Of a stretch of 64,000 nucleotides of DNA, positions 27,850 to 40,711 are shown in pieces. Made by a program: the position numbers and the translations under genes. Below the pieces are notes generated by a model. It searched no databases. It had not been told where the DNA came from and saw only the letters and a program-made list of their open reading frames with translations. The stretch lies in assembly GCA_965655095.1 (NCBI GenBank), contig OZ296659.1:45694001-45758000 (forward strand), given 5' to 3'. The stretch is from Haplodiscus bocki (Eukaryota). Within the stretch, counting starts at the first letter, position 1; every line of letters begins with the position of its first letter.

Positions 27850-29160
27850 ACGCGAGCTTTTTTCCTATTGGCTCCTGCTGCCGATCCATGCTGATACAAG
27901 CTTTTTTCTTATTGGTTGCATGATATGGCAGCATGCTGCTACATGCTGTTATCTTGGAGTCGATCTGGGAAACGGACTTGAACATAACTCACTTTCCCGT
28001 TCAGCGGACGGGACGCCTTACTCCTCTTCTGACTTGCTTACTTTACTTCTCCCTTTTACTTGGACAAAATTATTCTAAGTTCAACTCCCTTTCTCCCTTT
28101 CTCTTCTTTGGACAAAAATTTTCTAAGTCCAACTCCTCTTCTCTCTTGGAGAAAATTTTCTAAGTCCAATCCTCTTCTCTCTCCTCTTGGACGAAATTAT
28201 TCTAAGTCCAATTCTAATTCTGCAAAATTTTTCTAAGACAATTCTAAATTTTGTCTTAGTCGCAAAACCAACTCAATTCAGCAAAATTTCTCTAAGACAA
28301 TTTTAAATTTTGTCTTAGTCGCAAAACCAACTCAATTCTGCAAAATTTTTCTAAGACAATTCTAAATTCTGTCTTAGCCGCAGAACCAATTCAATTCTAC
28401 AAAAATATTCTAAGTCCCAATTTTCTTTTGACTCAGAAAAATTCCCTACCTTTCATTTACCCTTTACATACTCTTGCCATTGGAGTCTAAACGATGTCCA
28501 CTGACGCTGGCTTCGGCATTGGCGTGTGCGGGTTCCGTGGATGAGCGCGGGTTCTGGGGCAGGAGTGAATCTTGAATATGCGCGACCCCCCACGAGGTTC
28601 TTAGGCCAAGAGAATTGACGTTACTCATAGATCATTCTCACCTCGTCTGCTGCCGTGGTCTTTGGAATTTATTCTAAATTCCGAGTTACGGTTTGAATAC
28701 GCAGAAACCGTCCTTTCCCAATTCAAACAATTCCATTCCCTGCTTTGATTTGAAATTTCCTACTCAATCCCGTCGCAAGTCAGACTAAAAGAGGAGAGTC
28801 CCTGAGTTATCAACAGATCATCCAGTCCCATCGACGGTAACCGTTAGTTAAACAGTTTCCTAGTTCAGACTGAGTGTATCTCTCTGATCAATTTTAATAT
28901 TTCACAAATCCCTTCCGTAACACCCGCTAGACAAAGCTCTCGGTTGGAAAGAAAGGGAACTAAGAGAATATCACCAGGTTGCCGCCAGAGAACGAGTTAT
29001 CACCTGAGTAATAGACAAAATTAAAACAAATCAAACCCCGCCAATAAATCCGGTGATTTATTCACGGTTTGGACAATCGGGAAAATAGGAGTGAAACCAG
29101 TCGCTGTGTTGATGCCAGTACTGAGTGTAGACCAAAGTACAAAAGGTTATATATGACATA
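27850..29160 (-). mobile_element. Possible non-autonomous LTR-element remnant
   Basis: PBS-like TGGCGGCAACC (rc of ~28977-28987), purine tract AGAAGAGGAG at ~28021-28030 and internal tandem repeats; no matching LTR pair visible. Confidence 0.35.
28040..28415. repeat. Composite tandem array: ~35-45-bp units followed by three 59-bp units
   Basis: 59-bp period starting at 28216, 28275 and 28334; each unit contains CTAAGACA...TGTCTTAG inverted arms. Confidence 0.9.
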
Positions 29161-30194
29161 ACGTTAATTAATGAAATAAAACAACAAAAAGCTAAAAATT
29201 CCCCAGAAAACAGGTCCAGAAAAAACTAGAAGAACAAAAGTCTTCCATCTGGGCTAAAGAAAAAAAAACTACTAGACGTTAATTTACCTCCAAAAATTAT
29301 CTCAATCAGTCATTGAGAGTTTTATAAAGAAAATCTTATATCCTTATTATTTGTATGTCATTGACATTTATAAAGTTATAACGGATATCTTATAAAATTG
29401 TCATTCGAAATTTGTATGTTTTCAATATTTTGGAGCGATTTTATTTATACTCGAAATTGTGAAGATTTTACGATTTTAGATTTTATATTTTGAACGTGGT
29501 ATAATTGACGATCTTCATTTTTTTAAACAATTACATTTGTCGAATCTTCCACTGAGATGACGAATTTTCTGAAGGTTTTAAATAATTTGCGAGAATTTGT
29601 AGCAGTTTATGGGAAGTAATTTGAAATTGTGCGGACGGTGCTGGAATTTAGAGGGAAATTTTGCAGAGAGAATTTATAACTGCAATCGTTGGTTTTTTGC
29701 TAAATTTCGTTGCTAATTCTGTGTAACTGTATCGCGTTGAGCTAGTTGGAATAGATGACTACAATTTCTATTTCCCACTTTTATCGCTCTTCTAAAGCCT
29801 GAATCATCATCCATTAGCGCAGTTATTTCATTTCCCGTTTGATTATATTTACTCCCTCGGCTGACTGAATAATTGATTATTTCATTTTCTATTTTCCCTC
29901 CATCGCTCATAAAGTCCTTGCTTTGAACTTACGCAATCTTTGTTCACGAGGCCTGCAAGGCACCTGAGAGTAGATCAATAAAAGCCCCTGAGACTTATTT
30001 TCATTAAACAAAACAACTGCTGCGGCGCCACGGCTGTATTGATTTAGCTAACAAAAGGAATACTAATCACCTGCAGCACTCAGCTAGAAAGAAAATTGGA
30101 ACTAGAAAAAGAATTAAATTCAAGCATTAGTAATATATTGTTCCCCCCTACTCGGCCTGCGACAAAATGAACTTATAAATTTTGAGTCTTCAGT

Positions 30195-30770
30195 ACGTAT
30201 GGAGGTTATAGGTGCGTTTTAACATTCCAGTGAATGCCATTACTAAAGACGTAAAATTTATAAGTTTAAAGAAGAAATTTCGCATACAGTCTCTCTGTCA
30301 CACAAACTGGGTACTGTATCAGCTTTTTTTTTTAGAAATATTACCAAAATGATAACTGAAAATGATTTGCAGAAGTTACATTTAAAAGAGATATTTCCAT
30401 CGTTTTGGCTTAATTGCACTGCTGCTGTCGTTATAAATTGTTTTTAGAGCTATTGTCCAGTTTCAAAACGCTAAAAGTTAATATTGAAAACAGTCAAAAA
30501 TTCTGATTTCTCAGACGGTAAATAAAAATTTAAATTTTCATCTTTCTCGACAAAACTGGTCGTTACACTTTTTCATCAAACGGAAGGAATGCACATATTA
30601 CTGTTTGAGCCATTTTTTGACAACCAGAAAAGACCAATACAATACCCAATTTATGTGACGGAGAAACTGACACTGTATGCGACACTTCTTCTTTGAACAT
30701 ATAAATTTCACGCCTTTAGTACTGGCGTTCACTTAAATGTTAGGACGCTCCTAAAACCAGCATATATGGT
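30195..30770. mobile_element. Long-TIR palindromic MITE; related inverted partial copy at ~27480-27640
   Basis: ~30200-30320 is the diverged reverse complement of ~30635-30760; ~30505-30640 is the reverse complement of ~27500-27635. Confidence 0.65.
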
Positions 30771-31360
30771 ATATAAAGGTAAAATAGACCGGCTAAGAAT
30801 TTTGCAAAGGCAAAAGCCATTTTTTTTCAACCCGCTCGCTTGAACCATTTTTTGAAAAAGAGGTATACCAACATTTTTGAGTTGATTTTCTCTCCAAATA
30901 TGCTTGCAAAAGGTCTCCACTGCGAGACAATTTTTTTAACGAAGAACGTGATTATCTCCATTTTCCATCGGAATAGCCAAAATTTTTCAAACAAGGGGTC
31001 GGCATTGATGTGTTGAGAAGATAACCTGACGTGAATGCTAAAGTGCTGCAGTGTTTTGCAAAAAATACATACTTTATGTATTTAACGACAGATGAGGTGC
31101 TTCCAAGCAATTTTCAAGCATTTAGGAAACATGTTATGGAATGTATTTTTTCAAAAGAATAATGTAAAAGTTATTAAATTGTAGGGCTTTTGTCTGTGTA
31201 AGACATTGCAAGGAACCTTAGAATTCGTCCGCCCATTTGATGTTCTGTTTCGTTTGCTTCAGATCAGGCAAAGTTCGCAAACGCCAAACTGTGTCTCATC
31301 ATCGTCACATGTATTGTCGAGGTTAGTTCACTTGTTAACGTTTCGATTTTTTCTATCATT

Positions 31361-31745
31361 ACCCTTGAATTACGGAAATAAAATTCTTGCAAGGATCTTC
31401 TAAGAACCTTGAAGGAGCTTCAAAGATGATGCATCATATCTAAAAGAACTTTCAAGGTTCTTGCAAAAAATAGATTCCGGCTAAGATCCTTGGAAAAGTT
31501 CGATTTCATGTAAGGTCCCTGCAAGCATTTGAGAAGCAATGTATATACTTTAAACCTCAAAGAGAACATTGAGTGATAAAAACCTTGAAAGATCTTGGAA
31601 GGAATCTATTTGCTCACAAGATCTGTTTTCTCGTTCAAGGATCTTTGAAGGAATTTATGGACTTTGAAGGATCTTAAGAGGAATCTCTCGAATGCAAGGA
31701 TCTTGCAAGAGCCTTTCTAGCAATTTATAATTCTCAGTCTATGGT
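31361..31745. repeat. MITE-like element rich in CTTGCAAG/GATCTT motifs
   Basis: Repeated short palindromic motifs and weak inverted ends; resembles 33082-33402. Confidence 0.45.
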
Positions 31746-33081
31746 AACGTTTCGAGTTTACATGAACAATTTGGAAACTTGAACAATTTTTCGCCTTTTG
31801 GTTTTTCACTTTAGGCCTACATTTTATTCACTCTTTTATTGCAAGTCGGAGTTCCTAAAAATGTTTTCTGTAAATAAAATCACAATTTTGAAAACATCAA
31901 TGGAGGTCACGAACTTTTATAATTGAGAGAAAAATCTCAAACCTCTGCAACATCACGTTTTGCAAATTTTCATATTTTTGACTCGAAACTTGAGCCCTGA
32001 ATACCGCACTGCATTTACGCGAAGGTGCGTTTTCATTGCGCCGAAAAAGCGTTGATTCCCAAAGCTTCCAAAATTGCAGACCATTCAAAGGGTCGAAACG
32101 TGACCACTCAAGTATAGTCAACTACAAGATTTTCAGCGTTTTAGTTTGCGGCTTAACAGGAAGTCACGAAATACGAATGTATGCCTGTTCAAGATGATTT
32201 TTGTCTAGTAAATGTACAAAAAAATTTGCTTGCAGAGCAGCTGATCTTGCCTTTAATCTGCTGGGCGGGATTTTAATTTTGTAATAAATGTTGCTAGTAT
32301 AGGTAGGCATTGGTATTAGGCAAATGCCACAATACCGCAAATTGTCGTTTATTTATTAGCCATACAAACTGTCAGTTTTACAAATCTACTTTTGATTAAA
32401 CAATTTTCCATCCCCTAATGTAAAGACAAACATTGGCTTTGACTGCATTTTTTGATCAAAACGGAATACTGAAAGAAAAATCAACCGGACATTCTCTAGA
32501 TTAAATTTTTGACAGGGGATCATTCTGACCGGGATGATTCGGTACCGGTCTGGTATGCGATTTACGTTTTACAAATGTACGAAATTTATCTGACAATAAA
32601 AGCTCTCGGCTAATAATATTTTGAGATTGATTTTTGAGCGCACCGGAACTAAAGCACCGTTTTTGCTCGTAAACCAAATTTTTGTAGACTGCATACTAAA
32701 CTGGCACCGATGGGATAAAATCAGGAAAAGGATCTTAGAAAAGATGTAACTGCTCGAGTTCGACTTGACTTTATTTTTCGACTTGAAAATCTGTACGGTC
32801 TAATTTTTAGTGAACCCTGCGAAGATTCAACCTATAGGTATACAGACTTAATCTAGCTATTCGAGCTAGGAAAGTTATCACCAAAACTTTCATGCAAGAA
32901 CAGACCGAATATATCTCAATATTTTCACGAAAGTGTCTGAAATTTACCAACTCTAAAATCTATTCGAATATCTAAAACAACGTCAAATTCATATTTCTAT
33001 TTAATTTTTTTATTTACATTTTTATTCCTTTAATTAACCTTTTTCGAAGTAGTTTTTCAAAGTCGTCGAATCGTATGGGCA

Positions 33082-33402
33082 CCCTAGATGAACATGAAAA
33101 CATATCTTGAAAGATTCTTCCAGATTCTTGCAAAAAGTATGAATCTTTGAAGATTCTTCCAGAAAAATGAAAAATTTATTTCTTGCAAGATTCTTGCATA
33201 CGATGTGAATCTTGCAATAATCCTGCAGAAAACGTAATTCTTGCAAGAATCTTGCAAGAAACGCCTAGTCTGCCAGAATCTTCCACGATTGGTAATTTTT
33301 GTAAGATCTTGCAAGATTTTGCGATATTAATGCATTATCTTCCAAGATCTTGTAAGAATCTTGCAAGAATCTTGAAAGAAATGCATTTCGTCTCAACTAG
33401 GG
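33082..33402. mobile_element. MITE with CCCTAG...CTAGGG ends and internal TCTTGCAAGA palindromes
   Basis: Inverted termini plus many copies of TCTTGCAAGA and variants. Confidence 0.65.
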
Positions 33403-34951
33403 CAATCAATACGCACAATTGTGTGTAAATACATGCGTGTGTTTTATGACATCAGACGTCAATCATTCATTTTCAGCTCTGCATGACCTTTTTGAGAGTT
33501 AATCCGCTTAGGGGATTGAACTTGAGAGCAACTTTTATTTCCACAAGCAGAGTTTACTTGGCATACATATCAAAAATTTGACGCTTTTCATTTATCCAAT
33601 TATTATTTCGCCGAATTTATGAGATGAGTTTGGAAATGATGTAACTGTCTTTAATGGATGATCGTTCAAAATCCGGAAATCTTAAGAGTTTGAAATTGAT
33701 GCCTCTTATGAAGCATTTCTGAAAACTGTAACTGTACGTAAGATAAACTTGCGTCACGGAGAACTAATATTCGACCTCAACATTTACCCTTTTCCCAGTA
33801 AGGATGTTCGTGGACGAAAAGTATTGCATGTTGACGTAATGGTTACACCGCAAAGTACCCGAAGTCTCACAACACGCAAAGCCAAAATACCCAAACTCAA
33901 TATACTCAAACCCAAAATACCCAAAGTCGAAAATAACCGAAGTTTGCATGATCACTTAATTGATACGTCCTAATTGTTATAATTAGTTTTATTGCGCTCA
34001 ACAAACAAATGCAAGATGCCGTTTCATCCAAACTACCACATTTTACATCTGTTTTCGAGCAAAATTTAATTTCGGTTTTAAAGTTTCAGGAAACTCAAAT
34101 TGCTGACAAATTTAACCCAGCTCAACACGGGTCAAATACTGAGCTGTTCATAGGCCGAAAATAAAAAAGTTGGGTTCTCAATGGGCGGGTTCCACAGTGG
34201 GGTTGTCACGATTTTTTGTCAGAAAATAATGAATATTTGTTTCTAATGTCGGAAAATTTTGTTCAATGTTTTCAAAGTTTCTCATAATAAGGTTTCGTGT
34301 GGCAATGGCAAATTTAATACTTCGTTTGTATTAAAAAATAATTTGATTTTCTATAATTTTGGCCCAAAATCCAACAAAATCGTTATGAAGACTGAAGAAA
34401 GTAACAAAGGTCGATGTTGAAAATTTGTGCCAACTCAAAGTGATGCACTTTCTAATCACAAAAGTTAATATATAAGAAGACGGCCGGCTAGCATCGGCAT
34501 ATTTTCCACCCACCAATTTTGTTGAAGATGCCTTCTAAAAAGGATGAAAGCGTTTTTTTTTTGAAAAGAAACTGTTTCTTCGAGGAGTACTTTTTGAGGA
34601 AAAATTTTATAAGTTATAGAAAAAAAGGGATTTTAGGACTTTGAGCTGAAAATTTTCGGTGCAGTTGTCAAAACTGCATTTTACGTGCGCAGAAAAACAT
34701 TCTGAGAAATATTTTTCAAAAAAAAATTAAATTTTATAAATGTTTTCGGACTTTTGACCAAAAACTTTCGGCAGGGTTGTCAAAACTGCATTCTGCGTGT
34801 CCAGACGAACGTTTCAGGGTTTTCGAATTTTTTTTTGTTAATGTGAACAAAACATCGTTTCATGAAAAACATGAACGCAATTCGCAAACATCAGGTAGAA
34901 ATACGCACCATTTGAGTGGATGATTTCCTTCCATAATTTAAGAGCCACTCC

Positions 34952-35401
34952 AATAATATAGTATATTGCGGATTCACCAGTAGTCCTCGCTTTGCTCGTC
35001 CCACTGATAAAATCCGACAATATACCCGCTCGCTCCTCGCTATGCTTGTCACCGGCTTCCTTCCACTCAGCCTCTCGCTTATATTATTGCTCAGCTCTTC
35101 GACCCTCGCCTTTTGTTCTTCAATTTATGTCTACATACATATATACGAGACTGAGAAAAAATATGTTATCATATTCTGTTATGTATATTTATTCTAGTAT
35201 TTCTTTTTCTTCATCGCTTCCTATAGCAGATTGGTATTTGTAGAATGACATCGATAAAGTTAAGGCAATGCCGCAGTGTTTGGGGTTCGCTGCTTAATAC
35301 GTATCCCCAGTCGTTTGTCGTACATTACCATGAAGCTATAGGAGGAACTGTCCATGTCTTGACGCTTGAAAAAAAGAGGAATAGATCGACGGGGAACATC
35401 A
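34952..35401 (+). repeat. Left terminal inverted repeat (450 bp)
   Basis: Reverse complement of 51617-52067; I see one substitution (34966 vs 52053) and one A7/A8 indel. Confidence 0.95.
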
Positions 35402-35700
35402 CCAGGAACGGTCCCTGTAAGCGGCTTGAAAAAAGTCGACATCAAACTTGGCCAGTGATGTTTTTTTTTGTACTCTTATATGTGTAATTATATTTGATAT
35501 TCATACTCTTATATGAGTGAATCAAGGAACATTGGTTCATATTATTTTGATCCTTTTACTAACAAAAATTCATTGCTATACAAATTGTTCGTATTTCAGG
35601 AATGCTCACTCGGATATGGTAGAAATAGTAGAATTAGAAAGTTGGCCAGTGGATATTTTTAGCTTATTACGAAAAGACAATTTCTGAGAAATATTCATAC

Positions 35701-35985
35701 TATGTCGACATCCTTAAACATGTAGAGATTATAAAATTTTAAGCTACGAACACAAATGATATGTCGTTGGATAGCTCGTTAAAAAGTAAGTATACCCTAA
35801 AAATTTCAACTTTGTATCCATTATAATCTTTGAGAAAATTGACAAAAATAGTATATGTCGACATCCTTAAACATGTAGAGATTATAAAATTTTAAACTAC
35901 AACAAAGTGCGATATATTTTTGGATAGCTTGTTGAAATTTACGGCTTTGTATTTATTGTAATCTACGAGAAATTGTCAAATAAGA
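35701..35985. repeat. Subterminal ~153-bp direct duplication
   Basis: TATGTCGACATCCTTAAACATGTAGAGATTATAAAATTTTAA occurs at 35701 and 35854, followed by diverged matching sequence. Confidence 0.85.
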
Positions 35986-38900
35986 TTAAGTAATTATATA
36001 CTTAGGAAGCATATGACCTAGATTATTTGGTTTTTCTCGTTTTAATTCATTTAAGTTTGCAGAAAATTCTTTCTTTTGATTTACTAATTTATCGCAATCA
36101 TCACAAAGACTATCTTTTTTGCAATTAGAACAATCTCTCATCTTACTTGGAATAACAACTCCTTGACTAAAAGATTTTTTCCAACTCAAAGGGACTTTAG
36201 CGATTAATTTATCACCATCGGCCATGTTGAAATATTCTTTTCTGTCTAATTTATCAGAGACGTCTTTAAAACCTTTAAAAGTCTTCTTTTCTGATATAAC
36301 ACCATATTTATTTATAATTAAGCAATATTTTATTTTAGGTGCTAAAAACAAGGCATAAAAGATACCTCCGTCTTTATAATCGTTTTTACCTTGAAGCAAA
36401 TTCTTACCAACTAAACCAGCTCGATCTAATTTATTCCAATGTCTGTTTTCGATATATAGAGAATCACAGTCAGTATAATAAACACTATGTGAATAAAATC
36501 CATTGATGGCGTGTATAAAATTATTCATAATTTTTTTACTGTTTGATAGTACGAAAGCACCGAGATGAAGAGGCATAGTATTGATTTTTTTAATTTAATC
36601 TTCTAATCCAGGGTCATCAATCATTTTAACGATATAATTAATATTTGATATTTTCCAATAATCCTTAACTCGTTCGTCATATTCTGTTTCCATCCACATT
36701 TCAGATTTACAAGTGAATTTTTCTTCTATATCCTTTCTAATATTTTCTCCATATAAGCTATTCATTAATAATTTTACTAATAATTGCATAACTTCATTAT
36801 TTTCATCCTTATATTTTTGTCTCAATTTAAATAAAATATCTATAACTTTTCTAAAAGGACTTATTTTAAAATTTTCTCTATAAATAACACCTTCATAAAT
36901 TTCTATTATTTTTCCACCTATTTTAATAATTTCTTGTATATCAACAGATGTTAGAGTATCAATGATATAACCATTTCTCATGCGATTAATCTCAATTTTA
37001 TTAACTTTGTCTTTAACAGGAAGATGTTGAACGATTAAATTTTTAGGATTATAATATTTGATTTTCAAAATAGCTGATCCTTGAGTAAAGGTTTGATTAT
37101 TAAATTTTTCTATGAGCTCATCGTTCATATCTCTAGTGAAAGCATAACCGGTCTCGATTCTAGGATAAATTGATTTTACATCCCACATAGCCGATGGATA
37201 TAGACTAACAGCATCGAAATCCCATAAGAAATGAACTATTTCTATTTGTTTTAATAACTTGTGTGTTGTGAGATTACCTAATTTTTCATTTATATATTTC
37301 TCTTTTTCATCCTCGTCTTCATCTCTATAATCACTAAATTGATTTTCATATTCTTTTTCATATATATCATAATATTTCTTTTTATACTTCAAATATTCTT
37401 CAATAATATCATAAATATTTCCTTTAACGCATAATTCTTTTGATAAAATTCTTTTGATATCATTATAGTGATCCGATTTATAATATTGATTAAAAGCACA
37501 TACGCGACCTCCTTTAATTGATTGACGAACAAACCATCTCATGTATTTATCATTATAAGTATATATAGGCTCGTCTTCTTCTGTTCTTAAACTATTAAAA
37601 TATTTCCATCCTAATCCAGGTAATGACAAACAATCTTTCATTGAGAAACCAGTTATTTCTTTCATTGCTCCAGTATATCTAGCGTAACTATAAGCAGTAC
37701 AAAGAACATCATTTTTAACGTAAGGTAACCAAATATCTTTTTTATCTTTGTAATTATTACCATCTATGTCATTTTGATCTATTTCAGTTTTTAATAGCTT
37801 TTTTGGTAATTCGAAAGTCTTTCCTAATTTTTTCAAGCTATAATTTAAATGAGTCATACCACATCTAAAATGGAGATATTGAGGTATTTGTTTATTATTT
37901 TTGTATATCAAACCATTAAAAATTTTCAATTCTATTATGCCTTTTCCGTTTTTAATAATATCACCAACGATATGTTTATCACAACGAAGATTATTTAAAA
38001 TTATCCATGTATCAAAACCACTACCATTATGGGCGTGTAATTGAAGATTATATTCAACAATTTTGTTATTAACTTTTCGTTCTTCTCCTTTTAATTTTAA
38101 ACAATAATCTAACGCGGTATTGATACAATCATCGCCCATGAAAGCTATGGTATCGTTTTTTGATTTCTCTAATTCTAGCTGCGTAGGATCTCGGTCATAT
38201 CTTCCGGCAATTCTACTTAATCGATAAAAAGTCATATTATATGGTCTTGCTCTATCACTACTATATGTTTCAAGGTCGTATACAATAAAATTAGTCAGAT
38301 GAGATTCAATTTTCTTTGGTATGAATTCATATTTAAAATAAGCATTGACATTTTCTTCTGTAATATAATTATCAACTATTTTAAAATTTGCTTTTAATTC
38401 TCGAATAGCTTGATTAAAACTAACACCTTCTGATTTCCATATTAAACAAAAGTGAATATTATATAAATACAAAGCACTATCTCTATTTGTAACAGATCTA
38501 GGAAAGACTCTTTCTCCATTAAAATAACCAAGATCAATACCTAATTTTCTAAGACAAGGTTGAATACGAGCTTTAGTCATTATATTTGATCGTCTTTTTT
38601 CACTTCTAATAAATTCTAAATATTGTTCTTTGTAATCTTGACCAGTTAAAAAATTAACACATTTAATAAAACAATACCCTTTCGTTGGTATAAAGCAATT
38701 ATTTCCTTTATATTCAATAATTTCATGTTTAAAATCACAACCGTTTCCATATTGACTCCTGTTTACTTTATTAAATTGTGGCGTATCTATTTTATAAATT
38801 TAACCATTAAAAATACAATCATCTGAATCATAATCTTGATCGATACTATTAATATAAGCTTCATAATCTGAAATATTTCTAAATCTAATATGAGTTTGTC

Positions 38901-39237
38901 TGATTTGGTCACCAATTTTTAAATTACCAATCATTTCAAATACGCCTTCATAATCTTGTAATATTTCATTTTTAATTTCATGTAAATTTTTATCAATAAC
39001 TTGAATTTCATTTAATTCTTTTAAAGCTTCTTCTAATTTATTAGGATTGTTAGCGTATTTAATATTAACTAATAGTATTTCTAATTGTTTAATTTTATCA
39101 AAATTTTTATTTTTCTTTTTCTTTTCTGATTTAATTCTATTTAATAATGATTTCATTTCATTATTCATATTAAGTTTTCTTGCAATTCTACGCTTTCTAT
39201 TTCTTGATAATTTTTTAGTCTCGTTATTAATTATCAT
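35986..39237 (-). pseudogene. polB: Protein-primed DNA polymerase B (~1083 codons) with two in-frame TAA stops
   Basis: ORFs 38800-39237, 36595-38580 and 35986-36576 are one frame separated by single TAA codons (38800-38802, 36595-36597). Motifs VYDLET, HNGSGFD, DFDAVSLYPSAM, KLLMNSLYG, YTDCDS and KTFKGF. Confidence 0.95.
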
Positions 39238-39376
39238 CTCTATTTATATAGAATGATTTTATTGAAATGATTTACCTAAATATCATTTTTTAAAAAAATA
39301 CAAATAAAAATACTTACGATTATACTTATAATTATACTAGAAATATGCATACTAATGTAAGAGTATTTATACCCTC

Positions 39377-39895
39377 TTACAATAACACAATCAAATATTT
39401 ACAAATAGAACCCATGAGATCAAAATAATTTATATTTTCATAATATGATCGATCATAATAACAGATCCATTTCATCAATCTTAAAGAATCATGTCCTATT
39501 TTATAAATACCAGTAGCTGTTAAAGAAAATTTGTTTTGTTCAAAATTAGGATTTAACAATAAGTCTTTATATATCTCAATTAATTTATTATTAATTTTTA
39601 ATTTTTTATTTTTTAATGTTGATAAAACTTTGTATATTTCATTATAATCATTTTCTTCATATATTTTATATACATCTATACAAATACAAAAAGTTTTCTG
39701 TTCGGCGTATTTTCATCGATTAATAAAATTTATTTTCTTTCTTTGTATTTTTGAGAGTTCATGTTTTCGTTTAGACACTACATAATTACATGAAAAACAA
39801 GACCATTCATATTCTTATGGTAATAACATATTTCGTCTGCAATGACCACAATTTTTAGCATATTTTTGAATAATCTCATCTTCTGATAAATCCAT
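39377..39895 (-). pseudogene. Poxvirus VLTF-3 (A2)-like late transcription factor, 172 codons, two in-frame stops
   Basis: Reads MDLSEDEIIQKYAKNCGHCRRNMLLP*EYEWSCFSCNYVVSKRKHELSKIQRKKINFINR*KY...NDYNEIYKVLSTLKNKKLKINNKLIEIYKDLLL...ENINY. Has a zinc ribbon plus blocks aligned by eye to recalled vaccinia A2. Confidence 0.7.
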
Positions 39896-39910
39896 TTATT
39901 AAGATTTATA

Positions 39911-40711
39911 TTATTGAATTAAATTTAGTTTCTTCATAATTTTATTGTTTTCATCAAGAGATAGTTTTGTAGCAAGTAATAGATTTTCATTATATCTTTC
40001 AGGTAAATAGTCAAGTCTATATGATGGTATGGTATCATGAATGACTTCTGTTATTGTATATAATTTATAACTCCAATTCGTTGAATCACCTTTTGAGAAT
40101 ACTTTTTTAATATCTGCTGTACGAACTAAATCTCCTAGTTTGAATTTTGGTTGTCGTTTAACTCTATCATCTGTGAGATTTGAAAAGACTTCTTTTTCCT
40201 TTACTTTTTTACTAGCTTGGATGGGAGTCATTTTCGTTGAGCTGTGGATAGTATTATTATACTTTTCAACAACAGATGGTAATTCAGATAACCAATCAGC
40301 TCTTCCTTTATCAAATACAGGCTTTTTCAATAAACTACGTATAGTTCTAATAACTCTTTCAGCTATTGAAGGACCTTTATCTGTGTAACGAGAATAATGT
40401 TGAATATTTTTACTTTTCAGAAAATTTTGAAAGATACTATTATAAAATTCTGAGCCTCTATCAGACTCTATTTTAATAGGTTTTCGTTTTGAGGTTGATA
40501 AGATATTTGAAAATTCGTTTGTGATAGTTTGACTATATTTATTTTTAAGTGGTATAGCAAATAAATATTTACTGAAATTATCAATCGCAATGAAAATGTA
40601 TCTGAATCCTTTATTATTTATTATTTTATAATCAATCATGTCAGCTAAATCGATTGACCATATTTCATCTATGTGGTTATATAATATTTTATTAGTTGAA
40701 TAATTGATCAT
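39911..40711 (-). CDS. int: Retroviral-like DDE integrase (rve)
   Basis: WSIDLADM, IAIDNFSKY, ESDRGSEF, SIAERVIRT and YNNTIHSS; open frame with DDE triad intact. Confidence 0.95.
   Translation of the reverse strand: MINYSTNKILYNHIDEIWSIDLADMIDYKIINNKGFRYIFIAIDNFSKYLFAIPLKNKYSQTITNEFSNILSTSKRKPIKIESDRGSEFYNSIFQNFLKSKNIQHYSRYTDKGPSIAERVIRTIRSLLKKPVFDKGRADWLSELPSVVEKYNNTIHSSTKMTPIQASKKVKEKEVFSNLTDDRVKRQPKFKLGDLVRTADIKKVFSKGDSTNWSYKLYTITEVIHDTIPSYRLDYLPERYNENLLLATKLSLDENNKIMKKLNLIQ

Noticed and set aside
28040-28415. CRISPR-like array (also 19413-19500 and 33082-33402)
   Set aside because: Units are contiguous without unique spacers, there are no cas genes, and the context is eukaryotic.
34992-35243. 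Identical 83-aa ORFs at 34992-35243 and 51776-52027
   Set aside because: They arise simply from the TIR duplication; TTG start, no TAAATG context and no recognisable domain.
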